A DNA stretch of 64,000 nucleotides from positions 171,802,001-171,866,000 of the forward strand of contig OZ024741.1 of assembly GCA_964016885.1 (NCBI GenBank). The letters are read 5' to 3'. This DNA comes from Eledone cirrhosa (Eukaryota). Positions 1-12,601 of this stretch are shown piece after piece. The position numbers and the translations under genes were made by a program. The notes below the pieces were generated by a model. It saw only the letters and a program-made list of their open reading frames with translations. It searched no databases and was not told where the DNA came from. The first letter of the stretch is position 1. The number at the start of each line of letters is the position of its first letter.

Positions 1-384
1 TTTACACCTATGTAAAATCTTTGATTAAATTAAACACTTTTTAGGCCAGAACACTTGAAACGACTGTTGGTAGTATAATACGAAATTGCTTATTTTAAAG
101 TATTTATATCTATCTAAAATCTTCCATCGCAATTTTATGTAAGAAGATTTGTAAAATCATATTCCAAATACCAATTTAATAATGAACAAGCTAATTATAT
201 TACTAAACCATTCCAAATTGTTGTTTATTCTTAAAATGATTTGAAAATCACATGCAGTGTCTTTTATTAGAACAAAATGGTGAATAATTAACATTTATAG
301 ATTTATTCATGATAGTCTCTACCTGCTTTGCTTACCGAGACAGAAACTACTTGGTGAGTAGGTGTAAGTGTTTAAAGAGTTGGA

Positions 385-480
385 TACTTGTTTGGTGTTC
401 AAATACCACTGAAGTCCACTTTACATTTCATAATTTGGGGGTCAATAAAGAAAGTACCAGTACAGTGGTGATTCACCTCA
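385..480 (+). mobile_element. Degenerate SINE family B copy
   Basis: gttcaaatacc...ggggtcaataaagaaagtaccagta resembles the intact copies at 22323 and 61694. Confidence 0.55.
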
Positions 481-580
481 TTCTTCTCCCAGTTGTCAGA
501 TACTGGATATTTGACTTCATCAAAGGAGGAAGAGTCAAGGAGGTGCCTGTGTCAGCTTGTTTTTAAATAGGTATGTATAA

Positions 581-820
581 GAGGCACATGGTAAGGGTGT
601 TGGACTTACGATCATATTGCCTTGCGCTCGATTCTTGAACTGGGTTGTGTGTTGTGTTCTTGAGCAAAACACTTCATTTCATGTTGCTCCAGTATACTCA
701 GTTGTAGGTGAGAACCAGCAATAGTTTCCTGTCCAGTGGGGAGTCTTGTATATGCAGTGTGCTTCATGCCTTGGAAACTGGGATAAGCACCAGTCTGATG
801 CTTATCAGACTCGAGAAATT
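581..820 (+). mobile_element. tRNA-derived SINE family A
   Basis: Pol III-like head followed by cttgagcaaaacacttcatttc core; homologous to 9338-9585. Confidence 0.75.
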
Positions 821-1009
821 TTTTGTAGCTAATCTTCATTAAACCAGACATATAAATGAGACATATTTTTATGTGTAATTTAAACAAATGACGACACTTG
901 CTTTAAGCAGTGGGAATATGAAGATGTACAGATACAGAAACGCGGACACACACACACACACACACATGCATATATATATATATACAATTAGATATACAAC
1001 AGATTTTGT

Positions 1010-1152
1010 CTCAGTTTCCCTCTGCTTACCAAATTCACTAAAAAGACATGGGTCAGTCTGATTAGAAAGCACTATCCCAAGGTGTCACACACTGGGACCA
1101 AACTCAAAATCAGTGACTGATAAACAAACATCTTAGACACACAATCATAGCT
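1010..1152 (-). mobile_element. Degenerate tRNA-derived SINE family C
   Basis: Similar to the copies at about 13160-13300 and 14262-14412 (cccaaggtg...tgggac core). Confidence 0.6.
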
Positions 1153-1493
1153 ACTATCTAAAAGTGAGATAGGGAAACAAAAAACTGAATGAATTCTAAG
1201 TATGTTTATCATGTTTATCAATAGCACTTCTATTGGATTGGTTGTCATGCTACCCTGTACACCTGTAAATTAAGGTTTGACAGTCAAATACACTCACAAA
1301 CACAGACATATAACAGTCAAGGAAAGAGCCTTTACATGGTCACTTACCATGCTAGAAATAGCTATCACGTACCCCTCAAATCGCACTAATAATTAAAGGG
1401 AAAAAAGATACATTAGATAATGTGTATTTTAGTAGATTATTCCTAATCACCACACTGAATACAATAGCTTGAATACCTTTGATCATAGGTTTG

Positions 1494-1494
<1 letters not shown>

Positions 1495-1534
<40 letters not shown>

Positions 1535-1547
1535 TATATATATATAA

Positions 1548-1612
<65 letters not shown>

Positions 1613-1615
1613 CAC

Positions 1616-1677
<62 letters not shown>

Positions 1678-1678
1678 A
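1495..1678. repeat. (TA)n/(TACA)n microsatellite
   Basis: Directly visible. Confidence 0.97.
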
Positions 1679-2626
1679 GCAATATTGGCAACAGTTACAA
1701 CATCAGGATCATTGGCTGATGAAAATGTATGCAGTTTTGACACATAAAACCAGTATTGCAGGTCCATCTAGTGTCACAGTATCTGACAAAGAAGTTAAAT
1801 GCCAATTCTATACACTTTTGTGTATAGAATTAAATGTATGGCATTAAAGTCATACGATACGTGATGAAGAAGGCTGATTTGACCTGGAACCAAAAACCCA
1901 TAAAGAAAGGAATGTGCAAAGAGGGAATCATTGGCTGGCATTTACCGTCACTACTAGATGGTGTAGAAGAGAGTGAGATAAAAGACAATAGTCAGGTGAT
2001 ATGTGAAGAGGATATATCACAGTAAATATGTAACTTAACAAAATAAGAGGAGGTCGAGTTGCATGTATCACAGATAATATTGCAACCTTAGTAGCTGATA
2101 CAAAACTCTGTGGTCATCGATCGTCAGAATGGATATACACAAATTCAATCACTACCGACAATAGACCATGAATTTTTTTTATTCATTGCCAATATTACAA
2201 TAACTGTGATGCATGTGGCTTCCCTATCTCTACTTTTGTTAAGTAAGATATATGCATAGATAGATATATATATATACACACACTTAATTATGCAATCCAC
2301 ACCTGATGATATCACCAGGATCTTACATAACCAGGCCATTGAAATATATAGAGAGTTTCTGTAACAATAAAACTTTAAAGGAACATCACCAGTCCAGTCT
2401 CCTGTTGTTTTAATCAAACCAAAATTTTACTCCATTCTGGCACCAACTACAGGATTCAACATCAACATTGGATGTGTTGAGTAACGTAGAGTGCTTTTCT
2501 TAGAATTACATCATGGTTAACTAAACAGAATAACCAGTTCTATCCAGTCACGAACCACTAAACATAAATGATATACACATACTGCATATTATATTTATAG
2601 ATTTGATAAAGAATGAAGCTAAGGTT

Positions 2627-3022
2627 TCGTTTCTGAATTTGTTTAGCAAGATTCTTTATCTGAAATCGTATGTTGAAACCGATATTGTTATACTTTGGGA
2701 GGGTCATGTTGCCAATAAGAAACACATGCACCAGTTGCTTTCACTTCAATTTATTATATATTTATAAATTTATAAATTTACAAATCTACAAATCTATAAA
2801 TTTCTGGTTGGTTGGTTGGTTCCACAACCAGATAGTTGTTTATAGTTGTATATATATATATATAAACAACTATCTGGTTGTGGAACCAACCAACCAACCA
2901 GAAATTTATAGATTTATAGATTTGTAAATTTATAAATTTATAAATATATAATAAATTGAAGTGAAAGCAACTGGTGCGTGTGTTTCTTATTGGCAACATG
3001 ACCCTCCCAAAGTATAACAATA
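2627..3022 (-). mobile_element. Fold-back element family PA with 12-bp target site duplication
   Basis: Arms 2683-2844 and 2861-3022, tail 2627-2682, flanked by GAAGCTAAGGTT at 2615-2626 and 3023-3034; other copies at 52238-52717 and 23516-23556. Confidence 0.88.
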
Positions 3023-4032
3023 GAAGCTAAGGTTGCTAATCCAAAACCATCTTTAATTTCAACAATTGTTTCTATACAGATAAGTGTGGTGGCAATACAT
3101 ATAAACAATGAATTAAACAGTTACAATTAATACTTTAAATGATATTCAGGATCAAATCTGCATGGCATCAGATGTATTTATATGTATGCATATCTGAATA
3201 TATATAAGAAAGGATGGTACATACTACCAAGTTATACTCAATCTCAATTGAAACCGAAAAGTATCTTAATGTAATATTCATATATATTATATATATATGC
3301 TTTCTTTATTTATATACAGAATGCACACACACACATACATACATCCTCATCATCATCGTTTTTATGTCCGCTTTTCCATACTTGCATGGGTATACACATA
3401 ATATATGTGTGTGTATGTTTTTGTGTGTGTGTGTATTTACATATATATCCACATACACAGACACAGATGTAAATACACATATATGCACACATGTGTATAT
3501 GAATACCCAAATCACATTTTTATAGAGAAAACTCCTTAACCAAACAGAAATTTATGATACATATCTATAGTGTTGTTGAATAAATACTATTTTCTGAAAA
3601 ATATTTTAAGATATATTTTCCTATGAGAAAATTAAATATTTTCATTGATTTTATATGTGTGTGAGTGTGTGTGTGTGTTTGTGTGTTTGTGTGTGTGTGT
3701 ATATATATATAGAGAGAGAGAGAGATAGAGAGAGAGAGAGTGAAAGACATATATCCCTATAGACACTGGTATATATATAGAGAGAGAGAGGGAGATGAGC
3801 GAAGTAAAACAGATATAAAAGAATGACACACATATAAGCATGAGTAGGTGTGTGTGTGTGAATACATATATAAATAGATACATTCAGTGTATAGCCTTGC
3901 AAACTTGTAAAATTCACATATTTACATACTCATTGAAGCATGTTGGTTAATTCACTATAAATTGCTTATGGTGCCTTTCCCGGACTCTATCACATAAGTC
4001 AAATTTTACGCTAATTAAATTTTGTATATTCA

Positions 4033-4465
4033 TGGAGGCACATGGTTTAGTGGTTAGAGCATTGGGTTTGCAATCGAAAGGTTGTGAGTTCAAATCTCAG
4101 ACTGGGTGATGTGTTTTTTCCTTGAGCAAGGCACTTTATTTCTCATTGCTCCAGTTTACTCAGCTATAGAAATGGGGTCCCTATCATTCCACTGAAAGTG
4201 GTCGTGGAGGTGCCACGGCAAAAAAGCACCCAGCCTACACTGTAAAGTGGATGTGTAGGTGCCACGGAAAAAAAGCACCCAGCACTGGGAACTGATTCTG
4301 GCTTGATTTCTACAGCTGGATGCCATTCCTAACACCAAACCCCACTCACTGTAAATGAGGTTGGTGTTAGGAATGGCATCCAGCTGTAGAAATCAAGCCA
4401 GAATCAGTTCCCATCCCACCCTTGCAAACAGGGAAAAGCGGATGTAAAATGATGATGATGATGAT
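4033..4465 (+). mobile_element. Composite SINE: tRNA-like head, core, RTE-derived 3' tail ending (GAT)n
   Basis: tggtttagtggttagagc...gagttcaaatc head; tail matches the RTE 3' UTR at 48100-48360; internal 52-bp inversion. Confidence 0.85.
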
Positions 4466-5060
4466 TCAAATGAAGTTCAGATATAAAAAAAAATAAGCTT
4501 AAAAAGAATTTATTATATCAAATAAACAAAAAAAATAAAATATAGACGTTTGAAAAAGTGCGGGGGGGGGGGGGGGTGACTTGTCCCCTGGTACCCCCCT
4601 GAAACAAGGCCATTGGTGCTAGGAAAGTTATCCAGCCATAGAATGCTTGCCAAACAAGTGGTTAGGAGAACCATTCAGCTTGTGTCGAAAGATATGACAA
4701 CTTCTCTTCTGAACTCAACATGATGACTGTATGTACTGGGAGCTCAGTAGCCTTGCTTCAGTACTCACTTGTTCTATGTAGACACATCCAACCTTTACTA
4801 GCAGGGAAAGCAAATGTTAAATGATGATGATGATATATATAAATTTGGAAAACTTGACATAGAGTGTCTGTAACCATCCCTAAAAAAATGCTACAGAACT
4901 GAAATTACATATGCATGTTCACTAAATGGAATAATGTTGTGACATCTCCTTTGCTAAAGCCCACTAACTGGTCCCTGCTTGGCAACTGCTTTTGCTTTAC
5001 CATCTGTTGAACTCTCACACATCATTTTCGATAGAGACTCCAACATATATATATATATAT

Positions 5061-5408
5061 AGTTTTAATATAGAAGAGATTCTACAGGACTAGAACTGTT
5101 TCATTTGTGAGAAATCATCAGGAATCTGACTGTCCAAGTAAATATGGTGGTATTTATATATTTTCTGGTGGTAGGAGAGAGTGAGGAGTGGGGTGACCAC
5201 CACCCATCCCACTCCCCACTCTCTCCTACCACCAGAAAATATATAAATACCACCATATTTACTTGGACAGTCAGATTCCTGATGATTTCTCACAAATGAA
5301 ACAGTTCTAGTCCTGTAGAATCTCTTCTATATTAAAACTTTTACACTCTGCTATGTATTGAGTACCTTACTTACTTTGGTTACCTCCAATTCAACCCTGA
5401 ATAACTTA
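5061..5408 (+). mobile_element. Fold-back element family PB (Penelope-like pLTR with hammerhead)
   Basis: Arms 5061-5195 and 5205-5339 plus tail to about 5408, (TA)n on both sides; relatives at 34211-34360 and 59556-59621. Confidence 0.85.
5273..5323 (+). ncRNA. Type I hammerhead ribozyme (mirror copy 5077-5127 -)
   Basis: agattc CTGATGA tttctcacaaat GAAA cag ttctagtc ctg TA gaatct; stem I and stem III pair, GUA site, stem II weak. Confidence 0.8.
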
Positions 5409-5476
5409 TATATATATAAGTTATTTCGACGGCTAATTCTGGACTACATTAGTTATATATATATATATATATATAT

Positions 5477-5676
5477 AACGAAGGAAATGTGGTAAGGAAC
5501 CAGGTGGACCATAACGCACCAAAGTACTCAATACTTAGGGTAGTAGAGTGGGTAATAGGAACGAGTAGGACCCCGACGGCTGAGCTCAAGCCATTTCGAC
5601 GGCTAATTCTGGACTAATGTAGTCCAGAATTAGCCGTCGAAATGGCTTCAGCTCAGCCGTCGGGGTCCTACTCGTT

Positions 5677-5680
<4 letters not shown>
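5477..5680 (-). mobile_element. Fold-back element family PC with partial hammerhead
   Basis: Arms about 5556-5616 and 5620-5680; GAAA-(c/t)ggc-tgagctca-gccg-TC half core; flanked by (TA)n; copies at 24470-24676 and 57225-57325. Confidence 0.82.
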
Positions 5681-5713
<33 letters not shown>

Positions 5714-5999
5714 GTGTGTGTATACTCTCAGGTAAAATGTAACCCCATACAGCATGGTGAAGTCATTATCGATTACACTGGCAAATTCACCTTGATTGAT
5801 CTTAGACATCCTGTGGGATGAATAACAAAACCCATCAAAAGAGTGGAGGAAATAATGAGTGTCAACAGCCATCCAAGATTGTGTATCATCGTCATCATCA
5901 TCATTATCATTTTAAGTCCGCTTTCCCCTGCTTGCAAGGGTGGGACGGGTCCTATTCAGCACAGCATCTCTCCACATGTCATGGTCTCTATCGAAAACG

Positions 6000-6531
6000 A
6001 TGTGTGAGTGTTCAACAGATGGTATGTATATAATTGTGATTGAATGTATTAAGGAAAATGTAAAATGTCTGGGTTTAGATATGAATCAATGGGAAAAGCA
6101 ATCTTCTGATCATAATGCATGGGGAAAGACAATTAAATCAGGGTGTCAACTATTGGATGAAATGAAAAAAGCAAAGGCAGCTCTAAAATGGGCACTAAGA
6201 AAGGCTGAGTGAACAGAGCTTGAAAATGTTGATTATTGGAATTGCTATTTCTGTCACTCTAAAGCTGGTTTTGTAAACTATATGGAAACACATGAACAGA
6301 CAATGACACAGGCAGATTATGTTGCAAATCTACATCCACCTCCAGATGTGACTACTTGTCAAATTTTTAACAAGATATGTAACACAACCCTTGAATTAAA
6401 ATGCCATATGAAGATTCTTCAACATGACGTTCCACATCCTGATCCAATAAACCCAGTATACACATTAGTATACATCTGTTACTTGTGCCAAAGAGCTCCT
6501 AAATCAATAGCCAGATTGAAAAGTCATATCA
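6000..6531 (+). pseudogene. Degenerate RTE-type LINE 3' region with C2H2-like fingers
   Basis: IKENVKCLGLDMNQWEKQSSDHNAW followed by decayed CxxC...H motifs; stops and frameshifts. Confidence 0.5.
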
Positions 6532-6729
6532 TATTGAGTACCTTACTTACTTTGGTTACCTCCAATTCAACCCTGAATAACTTATATATATATAAGTTAT
6601 TTCGACGGCTAATTCTGGACTACATTAGTTATATATATATATATATATATATAACGAAGGAAATGTGGTAAGGAACCAGGTGGACCATAACGCACCAAAG
6701 TACTCAATACTTAGGGTAGTAGAGTGGGT
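6532..6729 (+). repeat. 198-bp direct duplicate of 5356-5553
   Basis: Appears identical by eye, including the (TA)n tracts. Confidence 0.92.
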
Positions 6730-7231
6730 GAAAATGTGTAGTAAAGATTGAGATGATGTTGAGATGGTTAACATTTGACAAGATGAAGTATATTAGGTAT
6801 AGGATTACCCAAGATGTAGTACTGGTTAATTACTACACTGGATATGGTTGACGTACGGTGAGAGGTTACTCTACGAGTTATGGAAGAATTGTTGAAGAAA
6901 CTTAGTTCCTGATCCTTCTGTATTCCGGAGTGTATATAAAGAATGAATAATAACAGGTAGACATCAAAAAAGGTAATTTATTCCGTGTGCTTACAAATGT
7001 TTCCACAGCCTAGTTATGCTATGTGCAAATTTACAAGTATTTGCAGAACTCAAATATCCAATGCTGTGATCACTGTTTCCTCAGAGCAGAATCATATATT
7101 TGAGTTCTGCAAATACTTGTAAATTTGCACATAGCATAACTAGGCTGTAGTACCACCGTGGAAACATTTGTAAGCACACGGAATAAATTACCTTTTTTGA
7201 TGTCTACCTGTTATCATTCATTCTTTATATA
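6730..7231 (-). mobile_element. Fold-back element family PD with long-stem-II hammerhead
   Basis: Arms 6933-7057 and 7096-7231, tail to the left, (TA)n at the right end. Confidence 0.8.
6988..7088 (-). ncRNA. Hammerhead ribozyme with extended stem II
   Basis: tgct CTGAGGA aacagtgat cacagc...gctgtg GAAA catttg TA agca. Confidence 0.62.
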
Positions 7232-7250
7232 TATATATATATATATATAT

Positions 7251-7595
7251 AGTTGTATGGTTGCAAGAAAAAATGCGTCCAAAGGCACTCTGCCGGTTGA
7301 GCAGAGCAGAGTATAATACTATAAGAATAAAGGAACAAGGATTCAATGTTGCATCATAACATATTTAATAACATATTACATATGTTTCACTATCAATCAG
7401 CTCGAGGAAAGACCTATTATAGGTCGAACATGACTCTGCAATCGATATGCTTCCTATATGATCTTTCGATTACAGAGTCAGGTTCGATCTACAATAGGTC
7501 TTTCCTCGAGCTGATCAATAGTGAAACATATGTAATATGTTATTAAATATGTTATGATGCAACACTGAATCCTTGTTACTTTATCCTTATAGTAT
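7251..7595 (-). mobile_element. Fold-back element family PE with half hammerhead
   Basis: Arms 7316-7445 and 7466-7595; GAAA-catatg-TA in both arms but no CUGANGA; (TA)n on both sides. Confidence 0.78.
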
Positions 7596-8197
7596 ATATA
7601 TATATATATACATATATATACATTAAATTAAATTACTACAATTGTATAACATGAATACACATATTTCATTAATGTATTAGATAACGCCAACTTTTCAATT
7701 TGTCATTGTATTTCTCTCTCTCTATATATATATACATATATATATCTGTGTGTGCATGCATGTGTGTGTGCAAACACCATGATTAATGCATGCTAATTAC
7801 ACAACAGTGATGGAAGCATGTATAACTTAATTCATCTCTGCACAACTCAAGCAATTTGTGGCAAAGCCATAAATAGATTAAAAACAATAGTTAACACACA
7901 AACACACACACACATATTCACACAGATGCAGACACACACTAATCTATATATTTTTCAGTGCATATATATACATACATATGTATATAAATAAAAATATATT
8001 CACACACACATATACAGGCATATGGAAAATAGACGTATAAACAAGAGTATTATAATAGGTAACAATAGACAAACATAGACAAATATATTCACATATAATT
8101 TATCATGGCACTTTGCCTAAATATATAAAGTTTTTTTCATGTTTTCATTCGTGTATTTACAAAACAGCCCCAGGGATGAATTGTAATGAATAAAATA

Positions 8198-8651
<454 letters not shown>

Positions 8652-9337
8652 ACCCAAACACTATCCACCTCTCCAAGATACTACACCATTACCATCATCC
8701 TTTTACACCTCTCTGCATCACTATCAACACTTTTGCACCACTACCATTTAGTTTTCCACTTCCATTTTTCACACTTTTACCATCATCGTTCTTCACATCC
8801 CCACCATTACTAAATTCATAACTTCAATTACCTCACACAAAAATACTCTTGTTATAAATGGCAACAAATTTACAGTTTGGGCTCTTTGTGCTCTTTATAT
8901 AAATCTTGTAGATATTAACTTTGTTTTCTTTTTTGGTGTGATAATAAAATAAAAGTACTATAGTTTAAAGCAGAGGCAGGCATCTTAGTGTTGGATGAGA
9001 TGCCTTGCAGATTTTTGCATTCTGAGTAATATATATCAATACGTGGCCTATTTGATAATCAGAATTCATCCCACATCCAGTTGAATACCACCTTGGCCCT
9101 TGGGTGCTGTTAGGCACTTGTTCTTAGAATTTGAACCTGGTTCCACTTTGTGGATATTTTCCTATCTTTGTGGATAACCTTATATCTTTCTCAAAAGTCA
9201 TGAAAAGGGTTGTTCCCATCCTGATTAAACAGTAAGAAATGAGGGAGGTTCCACTCAGCCACTCAATATGCTAGAAAAAGCAGACAAATCATATCCTATG
9301 AAAACATTATAAAATATAAAACTATTACATTTCTCTT

Positions 9338-9585
9338 GGAGGCACGTGGCTTAGTGGTAAAGGTGTTGGACTTACAATCATAATGTTGTGGATTTGATTC
9401 CTGGATTGCGTGTTGTGTTACTCCAGTATACTCAGCTGAAAATGAATACCAGCAATAGCTGGGGACTTAACCCTGCGATAGACTGGTGACCTGTCCAGGA
9501 GGGAGTCTTGTACTCTTATTTGCTTCATGCCATGAAACTGGGATAAGCACCCGCCAAATGAGCCTTCTGGCTTAAGACAGACTTT
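9338..9585 (+). mobile_element. tRNA-derived SINE family A
   Basis: ggaggcacgtggcttagtggtaaaggtgttggac head; homologous to 581-820. Confidence 0.8.
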
Positions 9586-10275
9586 AGACTTTAGATATAT
9601 ACATACATTATATATAAATATATATCATATCTGCTTATTAGTGCCATTCAATATAATTGTTTCTATGTTGCACGATATATGACTAGCACATTTGTCTCAG
9701 CATAATCTTCAATGTATAAAATCATATGGGAAAAACATATGGAAAAAAACATAAGGAAAAAAAAACATGGTTACAGGTAACAGCCAATAATGTCAAGTTT
9801 GGAAGAACCTATGAAATAAATATTGATTGTAGATAAAATAACCCTTGATGGAATAAATAAAGGTATTTCTTTGAAAAAATATATTTAGTAATATACTAGT
9901 GAGATAGGAGGCTGATAAAAAAAAAAAAAAAATATATTAAAAATATGCTAAGTAAAGGAATAAAAAAACACCATAAAAATACTTGTTTAAAGCTTATAAA
10001 AAAAATGACTAAAAAGTAACTTTAAAATATCAATAAATTTGTAACAATCACTAGGTAATATATTTGCTTACTTGCAAAAATGTGACAATTTTCTTCAAAG
10101 CTAAAGAATCCTGAGAGCTCACTCAATCTTTTAATTTTGTCAATTTCTTCCAATAGAGAGTAGTATTTGAAGTATGAAGCAGTAGATATTTTGGGGTTTG
10201 CGGAAAATAGTATGTTTGATGCTAAATATTAAATTGCTTACATATACATGTGTGTGCTAACACTCTTACACATGT

Positions 10276-10620
10276 CTTCTTCTTCTTCTTCTTCTTCTTC
10301 TTCTTCTTCTTCTTCTTCTTCACCCACTTATTCCTGAGAGGGTCATGGGGGCAGAGTCCTCAAACATTCCTTCCAGTGGGTACTGTCAGAAGCAACTGTC
10401 TCCAAATGATCCAGCTGGATCCTCAATCATGACCAGCCAAGCTCATGGATGTTATCCAACCATCTTGTTTGGGGGGGGGGGGTCTACCACTGGGTCTCTT
10501 GTCATTTGGTTTTGCCCATAAAATCTGTCCATCAATTTTTCTCTGAGACATTCTAACTACATGCCCATAGTTTCGAAGCTGTGATTTCTCAATTTGGCAA
10601 AGTAGTGGCTCTACCTGCAA
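10276..10620 (-). mobile_element. RTE LINE 3' fragment with (GAA)n tail
   Basis: QLRNYGHVVRM...KRPSGRP motif; second copy at 44681-45110. Confidence 0.8.
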
Positions 10621-11260
10621 TATGATGAGGAAAACTCTTATTGTAAATTATTTAAATGACAATAGTTCGGAAACAATGACCAGATATTAATGTTTTATGA
10701 AATAATGTTTTATGAAATAATGTTCTTCAAATGTAAAGAATTCTTCACATTCATCCAAGACTTCGGTTTTATCATTTTCGTCCCATAAAGTCCTAATATT
10801 TAAAGCATGAAGGAATATTAACAATGGGTGTTATAAGGTTAAGAGTAATGGGTGTATTTGAAGGAACAAAGTAAATTTTCTTACACACATGCACACACAC
10901 ATACACACACATAATTCAAATGTCAATAATTCTACAACAATGACCAAATATAATTTGTTGCGTGCAATAATGTTGTTCACTCATAAAGAAATCTTTTGAG
11001 TTCATTCAATTCATCAATTTTGTCGTTCCATCTCTAAAAACATTTGGTTTTTTAATCATAAAGCATTATTAATACACATTATAAGGTTAAGGGCATGGAG
11101 TAGGCTTGATGTTAAATAAATTTTCTTATAACCCCTCTCCCTATATATATATATATATATATACATACATATATGGTGTAGGTGATTCAGTGAATTACTG
11201 GTGTTGGTACCAAAGCAAGCACTCTATGCACAAGAAGAGTGTACATATTTATGTATGCGT

Positions 11261-11602
11261 GAAGGCGCATGGCTTAGTAGTTAGAGCATTGGGCCTGCAA
11301 TTGGAAGGTTGTGAGTTTGATTCTTGAACTGGGTGATTCATTGTATCCTTGAGCAAGACACTTTATTTCACGTTGCTCTAATTTACTCAGCTATAGAATT
11401 GAGTTGCGACGTCACTGGTACTAATCTGTATTGGCCATTACCTTTCCCTTAAACATCATCAGTGGCATGGAGAGGAGAGGCTAGTATGTAGGGGTAACTG
11501 CTGGGCTTCCACAAACAACCTTGCCTGGACTTGTGCCTCGGAGGGAAACTTTCAAGGTGCAAATCCCATGGTTATTCGTGACCAAAGGGGGTTTTTACCC
11601 TT
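11261..11602 (+). mobile_element. tRNA-derived SINE (family A head, alternative tail)
   Basis: Same head and core as 4033; tail homologous to the fragment near 40003-40090. Confidence 0.8.
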
Positions 11603-11777
11603 ATGCCTTACGTATGTATGGGTATGTATGTCATTGTTGATACTAATCTTCTTTGCTGTGAGCCTTGTGTTACATGCATTGTAGGTATGGACTGCACCAA
11701 TTTGGCCTGCTTTCTTGCTTTATCCTCAGTTTTAAAGGCAAACACTTTATCTACCTTATCCATATTATTGAATCAAA

Positions 11778-11921
11778 GCATAGAGTTACGGCCCTTGCCA
11801 TTCTGAGTTCAAATCCCGCCGAGGTTAACTTTGCCTTTCATCCTTACGGGGTCGATAAAATAAAGTACCAGTAATACACTGGGCATTTGCTGGCCTTGTG
11901 CCAAAAGTAGAAACAATTATT
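11778..11921 (+). mobile_element. SINE family B, 5'-truncated
   Basis: gagttcaaatcccgccgaggttaactttgcctttcatccttacggggtcgataaaataaagtaccag. Confidence 0.85.
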
Positions 11922-12497
11922 GAATCAAAGCATATTTCAGGCCATACACCACCTAGAACTTCTTTAACAATTCCTTTTATGGCATAGTGAAGACTACTTT
12001 AGCCTTTGAAAATCATGTTATACCTTGCCTGCTCTTTGATAAAGTCATTAATCAAGGAGGCACAATCTTTTGTGAAATATTTGTGTTTCATCTATTTCTT
12101 TAAAAGGATTCCATTCATATCTAAAAAAATACCTTTGGTTTATAGTACTAACACAGGAGTTGATATCAGAACATCAATTGTTATTATTATTCAGTTTTGG
12201 GTTGTTAGTAATTTAGTTTATCTCGTGCAGATTTATGTTTGCAGCTGTCTGTGTTTGTCTGCATATCTTTTTATCTTTTATATTTGATCAAGAGAAATAT
12301 CATTTTCTGTCTTTCTAGTATAGGAAGCTATATTAAACATTTTGTAAACACAAAAAATGTTTCAGAAAAAGAAAATAATGTCTAAAAGATAGACCTTTTA
12401 TTTACAGTAAGTATTGGTATTTACATTCAAATATTTCACCACCCCAGTTTGCAAAATAGTTTTGAAATCAAACATTTCATCCAGTAAAATTTGGTCG

Positions 12498-12601
12498 TCT
12501 TCTTCTTCTTCTTCTTCTTCTTCTTCTTCTTCTTCTTCTTCTTCTTCTTCTTCTTCTTCTTCTTCTTCTTCTTCTTCTTCTTCTTCTTCTTCTTCTTCTT
12601 C
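12498..12601. repeat. (TTC)n microsatellite
   Basis: Directly visible. Confidence 0.98.

Noticed and set aside
4033-4110. tRNA gene
   Set aside because: A/B-box head continues into a SINE body found in many copies; no intact cloverleaf.
5061-5408. Interpreting the fold-backs as MITEs or miRNA genes
   Set aside because: Arms are asymmetric with a one-sided tail, breakpoints vary between copies, and hammerhead cores are present; this fits Penelope-type inversion better.
6282-6671. Host C2H2 zinc-finger gene
   Set aside because: Decayed fingers continuous with a LINE remnant; the ORF runs into a duplicated repeat.
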